A stretch of 64,000 nt of DNA, from assembly GCA_963674825.1 (NCBI GenBank), contig OY771587.1, positions 3,616,001 to 3,680,000 on the forward strand. The letters are read 5' to 3'. Below the pieces are notes generated by a model. It worked only from the letters and a program-made list of their open reading frames with translations. It had not been told where the DNA came from and did no database searches. The position numbers and the translations under genes are program-made. Shown in pieces: positions 20,144-30,068 of this stretch (the stretch's first letter is position 1; each line of letters starts with the position of its first letter). This stretch comes from Candidatus Cloacimonadales bacterium. Lineage in GTDB: Bacteria > Cloacimonadota > Cloacimonadia > Cloacimonadales > JAIOQZ01.

Positions 20144-20442
20144 TGTTCATCTTCCGGATAGTAGTTTGTGTATTTTATGCTTGTTCGCGGTTCTGCCATC
20201 ATGTCGGCAACTGTATCCCGCCACTTGATGTAATGCGCAGTTTCCTTGTGCTTCATCGGAGCTTCGGGAGTGCGATATACTTCCTCCAGGACAAAGCGGT
20301 CAGGGCGTTCCTGTTCTCTGATCACATCGAAACGAGCGATGCCAGGCTCCTGAACGCTGTTTTTTGCATTCTCGAGAGTTGCTTCAACGAATGCGTCTTC
20401 CATCCCGGCTTTGACATGTACAAAAACATGAACAATCAGCAT
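20137..20442 (-). CDS. ABM/LsrG-family putative quinol monooxygenase
   Basis: [27 protein letters not shown]. Confidence 0.9.
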   Translation of the reverse strand: MLIVHVFVHVKAGMEDAFVEATLENAKNSVQEPGIARFDVIREQERPDRFVLEEVYRTPEAPMKHKETAHYIKWRDTVADMMAEPRTSIKYTNYYPEDEQW

Positions 20443-20450
20443 TGATCCTC

Positions 20451-22589
20451 CTACTTTTTATCGACCGGTATTTCGAGTAAATCGAGTATAAATGCGTAGT
20501 TAAAAGCGAGTTCGCGTAAATAGTCATACCGTCCTGAAGCGCCGCTATGACCGCTCATCTCTGTCTTGAAGACCAGAATGTTATCGTCGGTTTTATTTGC
20601 GCGGAGTCTGGCCACCCAGCGTGCGGGTTCCCAGTATGGAACACGATTGTCCTCGAAACCTGCGGTTGCAAGAATATGGGGATAGTCCTGTTTACTTACA
20701 TTATAATACGGATCCCAGGAAAACATATAGGAAAACTGCTCTGGATCTCCCGGATCTCCCCATTCCGTATAGTGATATAGCGCGCCGGGAATCGTTGGAT
20801 CGAGCAGAATATCGATCTCATTCACAGCCGGAACATCTGCGATGACCAGCTTGAAAAGGTCCGGACGCCAGTTTACCACGACTCCCATCAGGAGTCCTCC
20901 AGCGCTTGCGCCTTCGATAACAAGGTGATCCTTGTCGGTATAGCCTTCACTGATGAGGTATTCCGAGCAGGTAATGAAATCGCTGTAGGTATTCTTCTTC
21001 GTCATCAGTCGACCATCTTCATGCCACCACTCACCCCATTCGCTACCACCACGAACATGCGCGATAGCGTAGGTGAATCCGCGATCGACCAGACTGAAGG
21101 CCGTCGTGCTGAAATAAGTCTCGCTGATTGTTCCATACGAACCGTAGGCATTGAGGTACAAAGGCTTGGACTGCCCTTCAAACTCACGACGGTACAGAAG
21201 CGTTATTGGTACCATGACGCTATCGGCTGTCGGTGCAAAGATACGCTTGGTCACGTAATCATCGCTGTTGTAGCCTTCGGGAATGTCATAACGTTTAAGG
21301 AAATCCAGCCGTTTTTTATCAAGATCATACTCGTATATTGTCATCGGCATGGTTGGGGATGAATAGGTCAGCCGCAACCGTCTGTTGTCATATTGTGGGT
21401 TCCAGTGTGTCCAGAAGGTATAAACTTCCTGTGGGAACTCGACGGGTGTATATTCTCCTGTACGGAAATCGAGGATAATCAGGTGTTCGAGCGCGTCTTT
21501 CTGCACGTAGAGCGACATATAGTCTTTAAAGACATCGCATCCGTTGAGTGTCACGCCTTCTTCAGGTACATAAAATGGTGTCCAAACATCAGGTTTCGAG
21601 AATGTAGCTGTGACGAGCCGGAATTCAGGATCGTCAAGATTCGTATCGATATACATCAGCGTATCTGCGGCATCGATTGAATATAGGATTCCCTCTTCAC
21701 GAGGCCTGATCAGTGTGAATTCATCGAACGGTTTATCCGCCGGGAGAAACCAGACTTCGCTGGTGTCGTTGCTGATGCTTCCGAAGAAAAGCCACTTGCG
21801 ATCGCGACTGAGATAGACATAGAGCCCGAATGAAAGGTCTTTCTCGCGAAAAATCACCTCGTCTTGCTCTGGATCGTCTCCCAGTGTATGCCTAAGCAGA
21901 TTGGAAGGGCTTTCCTGATCATCTTCCAGGTCACGAACGTAGTAGAATGTCTTGTTGTCCATCGTCCAGGAAAAGGAGTTCACATACGGGATAATATCCG
22001 GTAGATTCTTTCCGGTTGTCAGGTCTTTAATGTACAGCGTGTAGCTCTCGAATCCGGTTGTATCTACGCTGTAGGCCATGTACCGATGATTCGGGCTGTA
22101 ATCGATGAAGCCGACCTCGAAAAAATCGTGCCCTTTCGCCATCTCGTTGACATCAAGAATAACCTCTTCTGGCGCAAGTAGCGTCCCCTTTTTACGGCAG
22201 TATATGGTGTATTGTTTTCCGGCAACAGTACGGTTGTAGTAGAAAAACGAATCGATTTTGACCGGCATGGTCATATCCGTCTCTTTCATACGACCTTTCA
22301 TTTCGAGAAAAAGCTTCTCGATGTCGTCTTCCAGGTCGCGCGTGACGCATCGGGCATAGTCGTTTTCGGCTTCGATGTACTTACGACCTTCGTCGTTCGT
22401 ACGTTCTTTATCGATCATCCAGTGGTATGGATCATCGAGTGTGATGTCGTGAACAGTTTGCGTAAATTCTGATTTTCGTGCAACTGGCGGAACGCATTTT
22501 TTCGCACGTTTCTCAATTCTCGAAGCCGAGAGTGTTCCAACGGTCGTCAGCAGTATCAGTAGGTAGATTGTAAATTTGCAGCTTCTCAT
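20451..22589 (-). CDS. ptrB: Oligopeptidase B (S9A)
   Basis: DPYHWM, YGSYG, AHVRGG, GASAGG nucleophile, [17 protein letters not shown]. Confidence 0.92.
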   Translation of the reverse strand: MRSCKFTIYLLILLTTVGTLSASRIEKRAKKCVPPVARKSEFTQTVHDITLDDPYHWMIDKERTNDEGRKYIEAENDYARCVTRDLEDDIEKLFLEMKGRMKETDMTMPVKIDSFFYYNRTVAGKQYTIYCRKKGTLLAPEEVILDVNEMAKGHDFFEVGFIDYSPNHRYMAYSVDTTGFESYTLYIKDLTTGKNLPDIIPYVNSFSWTMDNKTFYYVRDLEDDQESPSNLLRHTLGDDPEQDEVIFREKDLSFGLYVYLSRDRKWLFFGSISNDTSEVWFLPADKPFDEFTLIRPREEGILYSIDAADTLMYIDTNLDDPEFRLVTATFSKPDVWTPFYVPEEGVTLNGCDVFKDYMSLYVQKDALEHLIILDFRTGEYTPVEFPQEVYTFWTHWNPQYDNRRLRLTYSSPTMPMTIYEYDLDKKRLDFLKRYDIPEGYNSDDYVTKRIFAPTADSVMVPITLLYRREFEGQSKPLYLNAYGSYGTISETYFSTTAFSLVDRGFTYAIAHVRGGSEWGEWWHEDGRLMTKKNTYSDFITCSEYLISEGYTDKDHLVIEGASAGGLLMGVVVNWRPDLFKLVIADVPAVNEIDILLDPTIPGALYHYTEWGDPGDPEQFSYMFSWDPYYNVSKQDYPHILATAGFEDNRVPYWEPARWVARLRANKTDDNILVFKTEMSGHSGASGRYDYLRELAFNYAFILDLLEIPVDKK

Positions 22590-22640
22590 AAATTCCTTTC
22601 GTTATATATTATTCCAGCGATAGTTTCCAGATGTCCGTTC

Positions 22641-23039
22641 TTATACATTTTGCCAGGCAACTGTTACCAGATGCCCATCGTCATCGTATTTGGCTCGATA
22701 TCGCATACGTGTGCCATATTGCAGAGAAAGACGGATTTCGGATGAGCTGAGTTCCCTAGGGAAATACGTACCTGAGATATGCGCGCCATGGATGCTGGCC
22801 CCCTCCATATTGCATGATTTCAGGTTCAATCCTCGAACATCGGCCTGACGGAAATAGCAGTTGGAGAAATCAATATTCTCGACATCCACACCTCGCAGGT
22901 CGATCGCGCGAAAATCCAGTCCGCTGAAATCAGGCGGTTCTTTCTCGCCCTTGCGAGCCCGGTTGAAATCCTCGATTTTGCCCTGGCGAATCATTTGATA
23001 TAGTCGTTCGGGAATGACTTTCGGCTTTTCGTCAATCAT
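22641..23039 (-). CDS. Pentapeptide repeat protein
   Basis: FSGLD-FRAID-LRGVD...FRQAD-VRGLN. Confidence 0.9.
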   Translation of the reverse strand: MIDEKPKVIPERLYQMIRQGKIEDFNRARKGEKEPPDFSGLDFRAIDLRGVDVENIDFSNCYFRQADVRGLNLKSCNMEGASIHGAHISGTYFPRELSSSEIRLSLQYGTRMRYRAKYDDDGHLVTVAWQNV

Positions 23040-23204
23040 ACCACCTCCTTGAAACTACCTGTATTAGTATAATCTGAACATTTCGAATAGAATTTAATGG
23101 TGTCAAGCGATTCCTTGAATCTGTGTGGAAAAAGATGATGATTCGGAGTGTATCTTGTTTATATCGTTACGAATACATGATTGATTTCCCGCTGCGACTA
23201 CGAC

Positions 23205-25295
23205 CTACTTCAACAACAGCATCTTCCGTGCGATAGCCCTTCCACCCGATTCCAGCCGGTACAGATAGATGCCCGACGATACGTTCTTGCCGGATTGGTT
23301 ATCGCCATTCCAGACAGCCTTGTGCATTCCGGCTTCGAGGTGGTCGTTCACCAATGTCTTCACGAGCTGTCCCTTGATGTTATAGACCTTCAACTCGACC
23401 TTGTCGTCCTTCGGGATCGAGAACGAGATCGTCGTGGTAGGATTGAAGGGGTTGGGCGAGTTCTGCTCCATGGTGATTGTGTATTGCTGGATAAGGTTGT
23501 CGTAGTCGTGCGCTGCGAGGCTTTGCAAGGTGATTTCGCGGTAGGTTGCCGCGCCCTGCTCGACTACGATGCCGCTGAGCTGCTGGCCCTCGTAGTACAT
23601 GCGTTCCACATTGAGGGTGAAGGTGCCGGGCCCGGTCAGAATTCTGAACCAGCCGGTGCTGTCGCTCCACTCGGGGAACTGCACGCCATCGACGGTTATT
23701 TTTGCAATATCGAGCGGGGTCTCGCCGTCCTCTTCGTACACATACCCCTCGATGCCGCCCCAGAATGGTGCGCCGTACTCGAATGCGCCGATATCGATGG
23801 TTGCGGTTCCGTCGCCGTCGCCATCCCATACACGGACGTTACCCAGGATGTCCGTAGGCGGGTAATCCCCGTCCGGCATACCGGCATCGATGCACAGGCT
23901 ACCCTCTGCCAGGCTGTAGTCCCCGTTCAGCGTATCGGCGAACATCGGATCATCCCCAATGATGTTGCCGCCACCGTCGGTCGCGAATTCCGGAAATGGG
24001 TGGTTCATGAAATTGTTGCTCAGGACTGTTGCTGGTCCACCCCATGCCATTGTCTCCTCTGCCGCATGCAGAATATTGTTATACACTAAGCAATCATAGT
24101 TTTCCGTTCCGAAACAGGATGTATGATTGGTGTTATATGTGTTATTTAACATAGTGCAGTCGGCAAAAGTTGGATACAAAAACGAATAACCGGTAAAGAG
24201 ATTATTGTAGATTATATTGGGATTTTCCGGTTGATAAAATGTATCGCTAGACGATGTGTACACCACATTATTACACACAACTGTCGAATCGGCAAATCTG
24301 TCGTCAATATCCAGGTTGCCAATAAATTGATTGTCGGTAATTACATTAAAGCCAGAGCTTGAAACACCGGAAGGGAGTCCTATTGGAGGGTAATACATGT
24401 AGTTCTTCCGAAAATAGCTCATTGTATCTGGAACACCTCCACCTGATGTTATACCTCTATTCATGAAAATGCAGCCATAATAATTGCTCACCCAGAGATC
24501 CCTCTGCGGCGTTATTTCATCATTGAGGTTATCTATTGATTCTTCAGGGCTAAAATGATAATTGAACAGCCAATGCTTAACGGCACCTCCTCCATGATAT
24601 GTCCCGTCATAGGATCGATTAATATCAATAAAACGGTTTCTTGCAATAATGATCTGCGGGGATGAACTATAATCCCAATCGGAGTAGCCATTGATGGCAT
24701 CATAGTAAATATCGGTGGCGTATTGCCCCGGCTCCGTCTTTGTGAATGTGTTGCCGTAGATCATTACATCGCACGGCAGGTTCTGATACGTGATGCCAGC
24801 TTTGCAGTTCGTGAAAGTGCAGTATTTGATCCGGAAATCGCAGCCACGTACGCAAATACCGCCAACCGTTTTTGATCCGTCGGTGAACACATTTCGATAC
24901 ACGCCCATTAGTTCGCAGTATTCGAACACTGGGGTATCGGCTGTATCGTCAACGAAGATACCGCCCCAGGCAAAGCCTTCCGTATCTGGATTGCGAGTAA
25001 ATGTGATCGGCTCGTCTTCTGTTCCGATCGCGACGATTTTCCCATATACATGAAAGATCTTCGCATGGGCTTCTCCGCTGTCCGTGACATAGAAAAGTCC
25101 GCTGGCTCCGGAGGGCATGGCTTTCATCAGGATTTCGCATCCTGGAAGAATGGTTAACGTAGCGCCTTCGAGCACATTGACGTTCTCATCGAAGATATAC
25201 GGGTTATCCTCTGGACCCCATGTCGTGTCTTCAGCGATGTCAAGAGCGTACAGGAGTGTGATTGAGAGCAGGATGAGCAGCAGGATTCGTTTCAT
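23205..25295 (-). CDS. Secreted beta-helix plus carboxypeptidase-regulatory-like domain protein with C-terminal sorting-like domain, variant 1
   Basis: GGAGG RBS, MKRILLL signal peptide at 25295; paralogue of 27727..29820. Confidence 0.88.
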   Translation of the reverse strand: MKRILLLILLSITLLYALDIAEDTTWGPEDNPYIFDENVNVLEGATLTILPGCEILMKAMPSGASGLFYVTDSGEAHAKIFHVYGKIVAIGTEDEPITFTRNPDTEGFAWGGIFVDDTADTPVFEYCELMGVYRNVFTDGSKTVGGICVRGCDFRIKYCTFTNCKAGITYQNLPCDVMIYGNTFTKTEPGQYATDIYYDAINGYSDWDYSSSPQIIIARNRFIDINRSYDGTYHGGGAVKHWLFNYHFSPEESIDNLNDEITPQRDLWVSNYYGCIFMNRGITSGGGVPDTMSYFRKNYMYYPPIGLPSGVSSSGFNVITDNQFIGNLDIDDRFADSTVVCNNVVYTSSSDTFYQPENPNIIYNNLFTGYSFLYPTFADCTMLNNTYNTNHTSCFGTENYDCLVYNNILHAAEETMAWGGPATVLSNNFMNHPFPEFATDGGGNIIGDDPMFADTLNGDYSLAEGSLCIDAGMPDGDYPPTDILGNVRVWDGDGDGTATIDIGAFEYGAPFWGGIEGYVYEEDGETPLDIAKITVDGVQFPEWSDSTGWFRILTGPGTFTLNVERMYYEGQQLSGIVVEQGAATYREITLQSLAAHDYDNLIQQYTITMEQNSPNPFNPTTTISFSIPKDDKVELKVYNIKGQLVKTLVNDHLEAGMHKAVWNGDNQSGKNVSSGIYLYRLESGGRAIARKMLLLK

Positions 25296-25342
25296 GGGGC
25301 CTCCATATTCCACTAACATGAATTCATTGTGCGAATTCACAA
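24260..25342 (-). repeat. Left arm of ~1.08-kb near-perfect inverted repeat
   Basis: Reverse complement matches 27679-28762; about seven differences seen by eye. Confidence 0.95.
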
Positions 25343-25379
25343 CGCTCATGTTTTCGTTTTGACTGCGTCAAAGCCGAAA
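25305..25379 (-). repeat. Two-hairpin ~75-bp dispersed element, copy B
   Basis: atattcc(a/g)ctaacat...acaacgctcatg.tttcgttttgact.cgtcaaagccgaaa shared with 9038-9113. Confidence 0.8.
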
Positions 25380-25380
25380 A

Positions 25381-25510
25381 GCCCTCACCCCGGCCCTCTC
25401 CCGTAAACGGGAGAGGGAAGAGAGAGGTAGATTGTAGTCTATGCTTTGATAAACTCGTGTTGTCCTTCGACTACGCTCAGGATGACACACGAGTTTCTCA
25501 GCATGACGCG
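25381..25510. repeat. REP-like cluster: ccctcaccccggccctctcccgtaaacgggagaggg plus a long hairpin with nested TGTCATCCTGAGCGTAGTCGAAGGA (25463-25487)
   Basis: Inverted repeats visible; same modules as 11481-11605. Confidence 0.75.
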
Positions 25511-25515
25511 TTATG

Positions 25516-27444
25516 TTACTTGAGTAACAGCATCTTCTGTGCCTTCGATTTCCCGCCGGACTCGAGGCGGTACAGATAGATACCTGACGAAACGTTCTTG
25601 CCGGATTGGTTATCACCATTCCATACGGCCTTGTGCATTCCGGCTTCGAGGTGGTCGTTTACCAGCGTTTTCACCAACTGCCCTTTGATGTTGTACACCT
25701 TCAACTCAACCTTGTCGTCCTTCGGGATCGAGAACGATATCGTCGTGGTGGGATTGAACGGGTTGGGGAATACTCCGATGATGCAAACCTCTCCGGGGAT
25801 GGGCAATTGCTCCTCACCATTGGCTACGATAACCTCAACAGTCCACTCGACATCGATGGTATAGCCCAAGTCGGTTACACGACAAATAACGGTGAATATT
25901 CCCGTGTTATCGAACCGGTGAATCCACATGGGATTTGTCACACCGACAGCATCACCATTCAGCCACCAGCTAAGGTGAAGGATATTGTGGTCATCCTCTG
26001 CGGTAACACGGAATCGAATCTCGTCACCAGAATTGATAACCAGCAATGTATCGGCAGGAAGAAACTCAACGATCTCCGGCGGAAGATTCTCTTCCACTTC
26101 GATATACGCCTCGCGAAGCATCGTGTCAGAATAAATCCCATCATTCACTCGAAGCATGACATTGTAGATTCCGGCTTCGGTGTAGGTGTAATCGGGAAAC
26201 GGATCTCCACAATCGATCGTTCCATCTCCATCGAAGTCCCACTCCCATTGAATGATATTGCCTGATGAAGAGCTGAAGAAATGCACATCCAACGGTTGAT
26301 AACCAGACTGAATATCGCTCTCGAAGCTGGCGCTCACCCCAGCAAATCCAAGCATCCAGATATCGAAATCTTCCGATGGGCTGGAGTAGCTTCGTCCCGC
26401 AACGGCAAATCCACCGCTATCAGCCTCGCATATAGCATAAGCTGCATCCGCATCCAATCCGCCATACAGCCTTGCCCAGAGTGAATTACCATCCGCATCA
26501 CGCTTGGTGATGTAAAAATCCTGGCTTTCGGTAGCTCCGGCGTTGTTTGAACCGACAACAATCATTCCGTTATCTGATGTGAGTAGTATCCTTCGCGCAT
26601 ACTGGAACTCCTCGCCTCCATAGACGCGGTTCCAGATGACCTCGCCGCTCATGTCGGTCTTAAATAGCCAGGCGTCGGTATCCATCGCGGAAAAAGATGC
26701 GCTGTATCCGCAGAATAGATAGGTGTTATCCGGTGCGATTACGACATCCCGTATTGCATCCGATGAATCTTCTCCATATATACGAGACCAGAGCGAATCG
26801 CCATTTTGTGAGCACTTCAATGCAAAACCGTTCTGGTCATCTTCTGCATTGAGGATCCCGCAGATCATCAGACCATTATCCGGCGTTTTAATAACATCGT
26901 ACGGATCCTCACTACCTTCGAGGTTCCAGGACTGTGACCAGAGCGAATCCCCCGAATCATTGTAAGCCATTAGCCATATCTTGCATGTGGAATCGATAGT
27001 TGTGAAGCCGGCGGCGAAAAGCGTGCCGTTAATCAAGGCAGATTTCTTGAACTCGTCGTAGTCGTCAGCTCCCCAGGTACGCGTCCATATCGTATCGCCA
27101 TTATCATGAATACGCAGGCACCAGCCCTGCATATATCGTCCTGCTTGATAGCGTTTTCCGGTGAGAATGAAATCTCCCTCCGGAAGCGGCGTGATACCGG
27201 TCAATTCGGATAGTCCCGAAGATGCAAAACGTCTCGTCCAGATCGAGTCTCCAGCAGCATCGGTACGCATTGCCATGGTATTGCCGACCAGGAGATATCC
27301 TCCATCCTGCATCCGTACCATATCATACGCAACATCGTCACCATTGATGACATGCCGCGTATTCCAGATGACATCCGGAGCGTTCTGCGCGAGCAAAGTC
27401 ATCGCATAAAACAGAAACAATATTGAAGCGAGTCGAAAAGGCAT
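25516..27444 (-). CDS. Secreted beta-propeller-like repeat plus PKD domain protein with C-terminal sorting-like domain
   Basis: Repeats GDSLWSRIYG/GDTIWTRTWG; PKD WEWDFDGDG...YTEAGIYNVML; FPNPFNPTTTI; start inferred at MPFRLAS. Confidence 0.85.
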   Translation of the reverse strand: MPFRLASILFLFYAMTLLAQNAPDVIWNTRHVINGDDVAYDMVRMQDGGYLLVGNTMAMRTDAAGDSIWTRRFASSGLSELTGITPLPEGDFILTGKRYQAGRYMQGWCLRIHDNGDTIWTRTWGADDYDEFKKSALINGTLFAAGFTTIDSTCKIWLMAYNDSGDSLWSQSWNLEGSEDPYDVIKTPDNGLMICGILNAEDDQNGFALKCSQNGDSLWSRIYGEDSSDAIRDVVIAPDNTYLFCGYSASFSAMDTDAWLFKTDMSGEVIWNRVYGGEEFQYARRILLTSDNGMIVVGSNNAGATESQDFYITKRDADGNSLWARLYGGLDADAAYAICEADSGGFAVAGRSYSSPSEDFDIWMLGFAGVSASFESDIQSGYQPLDVHFFSSSSGNIIQWEWDFDGDGTIDCGDPFPDYTYTEAGIYNVMLRVNDGIYSDTMLREAYIEVEENLPPEIVEFLPADTLLVINSGDEIRFRVTAEDDHNILHLSWWLNGDAVGVTNPMWIHRFDNTGIFTVICRVTDLGYTIDVEWTVEVIVANGEEQLPIPGEVCIIGVFPNPFNPTTTISFSIPKDDKVELKVYNIKGQLVKTLVNDHLEAGMHKAVWNGDNQSGKNVSSGIYLYRLESGGKSKAQKMLLLK

Positions 27445-27639
27445 CGGGTATCCTTCGATTCTTTTATTATGCAGGAATCTCTGCTTGTGAGTCCGATTGG
27501 TCAAGAAAAATCACATTAGACCGATGATATTGCGAGGATTCGTTATTCATTTTGGGTGAACTATGGAACACTTGATGCAAAGAGAATTTTCGAGAGGCAA
27601 TGACCTCGATGAACTGGGACAACGAAACTTGGAGGAAAC

Positions 27640-27684
27640 ATGCGAGCCCCAACAATCCTAATTTTAATCATCCTGACCTTGTGA
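27640..27684 (+). pseudogene. Orphan signal-peptide stub MRAPTILILIILTL*
   Basis: GGAGG RBS at 27631; frame terminates exactly where the inverted repeat begins (27679). Confidence 0.55.
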
Positions 27685-28762
27685 ATTCGCACAATGAATT
27701 CATGTTAGCGGAATACGGAGGCCCCAATGAAACGAATCCTGCTGCTCATCCTGCTCTCAATCACACTCCTGTACGCTCTTGACATCGCTGAAGACACGAC
27801 ATGGGGTCCAGAGGATAACCCGTATATCTTCGATGAGAACGTCAATGTGCTCGAAGGCGCTACGTTAACCATTCTTCCAGGATGCGAAATCCTGATGAAA
27901 GCCATGCCCTCCGGAGCCAGCGGACTTTTCTATGTCACGGACAGCGGAGAAGCCCATGCGAAGATCTTTCATGTATATGGGAAAATCGTCGCGATCGGAA
28001 CAGAAGACGAGCCGATCACATTTACTCGCAATCCAGATACGGAAGGCTTTGCCTGGGGCGGTATCTTCGTTGACGATACAGCCGATACCCCAGTGTTCGA
28101 ATACTGCGAACTAATGGGCGTGTATCGAAATGTGTTCACCGACGGATCAAAAACGGTTGGCGGTATTTGCGTACGTGGCTGCGATTTCCGGATCAAATAC
28201 TGCACTTTCACGAACTGCAAAGCTGGCATCACGTATCAGAACCTGCCGTGCGATGTAATGATCTACGGCAACACATTCACAAAGACGGAGCCGGGGCAAT
28301 ACGCCACCGATATTTACTATGATGCCATCAATGGCTACTCCGATTGGGAATATAGTTCATCCCCGCAGATCATTATTGCAAGAAACCGTTTTATTGATAT
28401 TAATCGATCCTATGACGGGACATATCATGGAGGAGGTGCCGTTAAGCATTGGCTGTTCAATTATCATTTTAGCCCTGAAGAATCAATAGATAACCTCAAT
28501 GATGAAATAACGCCGCAGAGGGATCTCTGGGTGAGCAATTATTATGGCTGCATTTTCATGAATAGAGGTATAACATCAGGTGGAGGTGTTCCAGATACAA
28601 TGAGCTATTTTCGGAAGAACTACATGTATTACCCTCCAATAGGACTCCCTTCCGGTGTTTCAAGCTCTGGCTTTAATGTTATTACTGACAATCAATTTAT
28701 TGGCAACCTGAATATTGACGACAGATTTGCCGATTCGACAGTTGTGTGTAATAATGTGGTGT
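27679..28762 (+). repeat. Right arm of ~1.08-kb near-perfect inverted repeat
   Basis: Matches the reverse complement of 24260-25342. Confidence 0.95.
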
Positions 28763-29820
28763 GCAGACCGGATGAATATTATGAGTTCTTCATGCCGGAC
28801 AATCCAAGTAGTATATTCAACAACACATTCACAGGATACCTGAGTATTTATCCAACCATTGCAACTTGCACGATGTTTAATAATACCTTGCAGACAGGTT
28901 TTTATTGCTGCCTGGCATCTTGCGATCACGAATTCAATGTGATGAATAATATCCTGTGCGCTGGCGATGAAATCATCCCCGCAGGCAGTCCAACAACAAT
29001 ATTTAGCTACAATTTCATGAACCACCCGTTACCTGATTATGTCACCGACGGCGGCGGCAATATCATTGGGGATGATCCGATGTTCGCCGATACGCTGAAC
29101 GGGGACTACAGTCTGGCAGAGGGTAGCCTGTGCATCGATGCCGGTATGCCGGACGGGGATTACCCGCCCACGGACATCCTGGGTAACGTCCGTGTGTGGG
29201 ACGGTGACGGTGACGGAACCGCAACCATCGATATCGGCGCATTCGAGTACGGCGCACCCTTCTGGGGCGGCATCGAGGGGTATGTGTACGAAGAGGACGG
29301 CGAAACTCCGCTCGATATTGCCAAAATAACCGTCGATGGCGTGCAGTTCCCAGAGTGGAGCGACAGCACCGGCTGGTTCCGCATTCTGACCGGGCCCGGC
29401 ACCTTTACGCTCAGCATTGAGCGCATGTACTACGAAGACCAGCAGGTCAGCGGCATCGTGGTGGAGCAGGGCGCGGCAACCTACCGCGAAATCACCTTGC
29501 AGGGCCTCGAAGCAAACGACTACGACAACCTCATCCAGCAATACACCATCACTATGGAGCAGAACTCGCCCAACCCCTTCAATCCCACCACGACGATCTC
29601 GTTCTCGATCCCGAAGGACGACAAGGTCGAGTTGAAGGTGTACAACATCAAAGGGCAGTTGGTAAAAACGCTGGTCAACGACCACCTCGAAGCCGGAACG
29701 CACAAGGCCGTCTGGAATGGCGATAACCAATCCGGCAAGAACGTATCGTCGGGCATCTACCTGTACCGGCTGGAAGCCGGAGGAAGGGCTATGACAAGGA
29801 AGATGCTGCTGCTGAAGTAG
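27727..29820 (+). CDS. Secreted beta-helix plus carboxypeptidase-regulatory-like domain protein with C-terminal sorting-like domain, variant 2
   Basis: 697-aa ORF; N-terminal ~345 aa almost identical to variant 1, divergent middle, similar C-terminus. Confidence 0.9.
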   Translation: MKRILLLILLSITLLYALDIAEDTTWGPEDNPYIFDENVNVLEGATLTILPGCEILMKAMPSGASGLFYVTDSGEAHAKIFHVYGKIVAIGTEDEPITFTRNPDTEGFAWGGIFVDDTADTPVFEYCELMGVYRNVFTDGSKTVGGICVRGCDFRIKYCTFTNCKAGITYQNLPCDVMIYGNTFTKTEPGQYATDIYYDAINGYSDWEYSSSPQIIIARNRFIDINRSYDGTYHGGGAVKHWLFNYHFSPEESIDNLNDEITPQRDLWVSNYYGCIFMNRGITSGGGVPDTMSYFRKNYMYYPPIGLPSGVSSSGFNVITDNQFIGNLNIDDRFADSTVVCNNVVCRPDEYYEFFMPDNPSSIFNNTFTGYLSIYPTIATCTMFNNTLQTGFYCCLASCDHEFNVMNNILCAGDEIIPAGSPTTIFSYNFMNHPLPDYVTDGGGNIIGDDPMFADTLNGDYSLAEGSLCIDAGMPDGDYPPTDILGNVRVWDGDGDGTATIDIGAFEYGAPFWGGIEGYVYEEDGETPLDIAKITVDGVQFPEWSDSTGWFRILTGPGTFTLSIERMYYEDQQVSGIVVEQGAATYREITLQGLEANDYDNLIQQYTITMEQNSPNPFNPTTTISFSIPKDDKVELKVYNIKGQLVKTLVNDHLEAGTHKAVWNGDNQSGKNVSSGIYLYRLEAGGRAMTRKMLLLK

Positions 29821-30068
29821 GTTCGGCTATAACAATCACGCTTAAAATATTCTGCAAAGCGCGGAGATTCATCATTACAATCTGATGCCAAATCAATTAG
29901 CCAATTCTGTCGTCTTATCGTTTTTTCTTTTTAAAATTCGGTTTTTGTCTTGCACTATTTCAATTATTTGACAGGGTTGCGTTTCTTAGGAACGAGAATT
30001 GCCTTACATTATCATGAGAAAATAGGATAATAATGCATAGAGAATAAGAAGAGAGAACAGGAGGATCC

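Noticed and set aside
24012..29010. Diversity-generating retroelement TR/VR pair in the variable blocks
   Set aside because: Differences affect all four bases, include synonymous changes and a one-codon indel, both copies are full genes, and no reverse transcriptase is in the window
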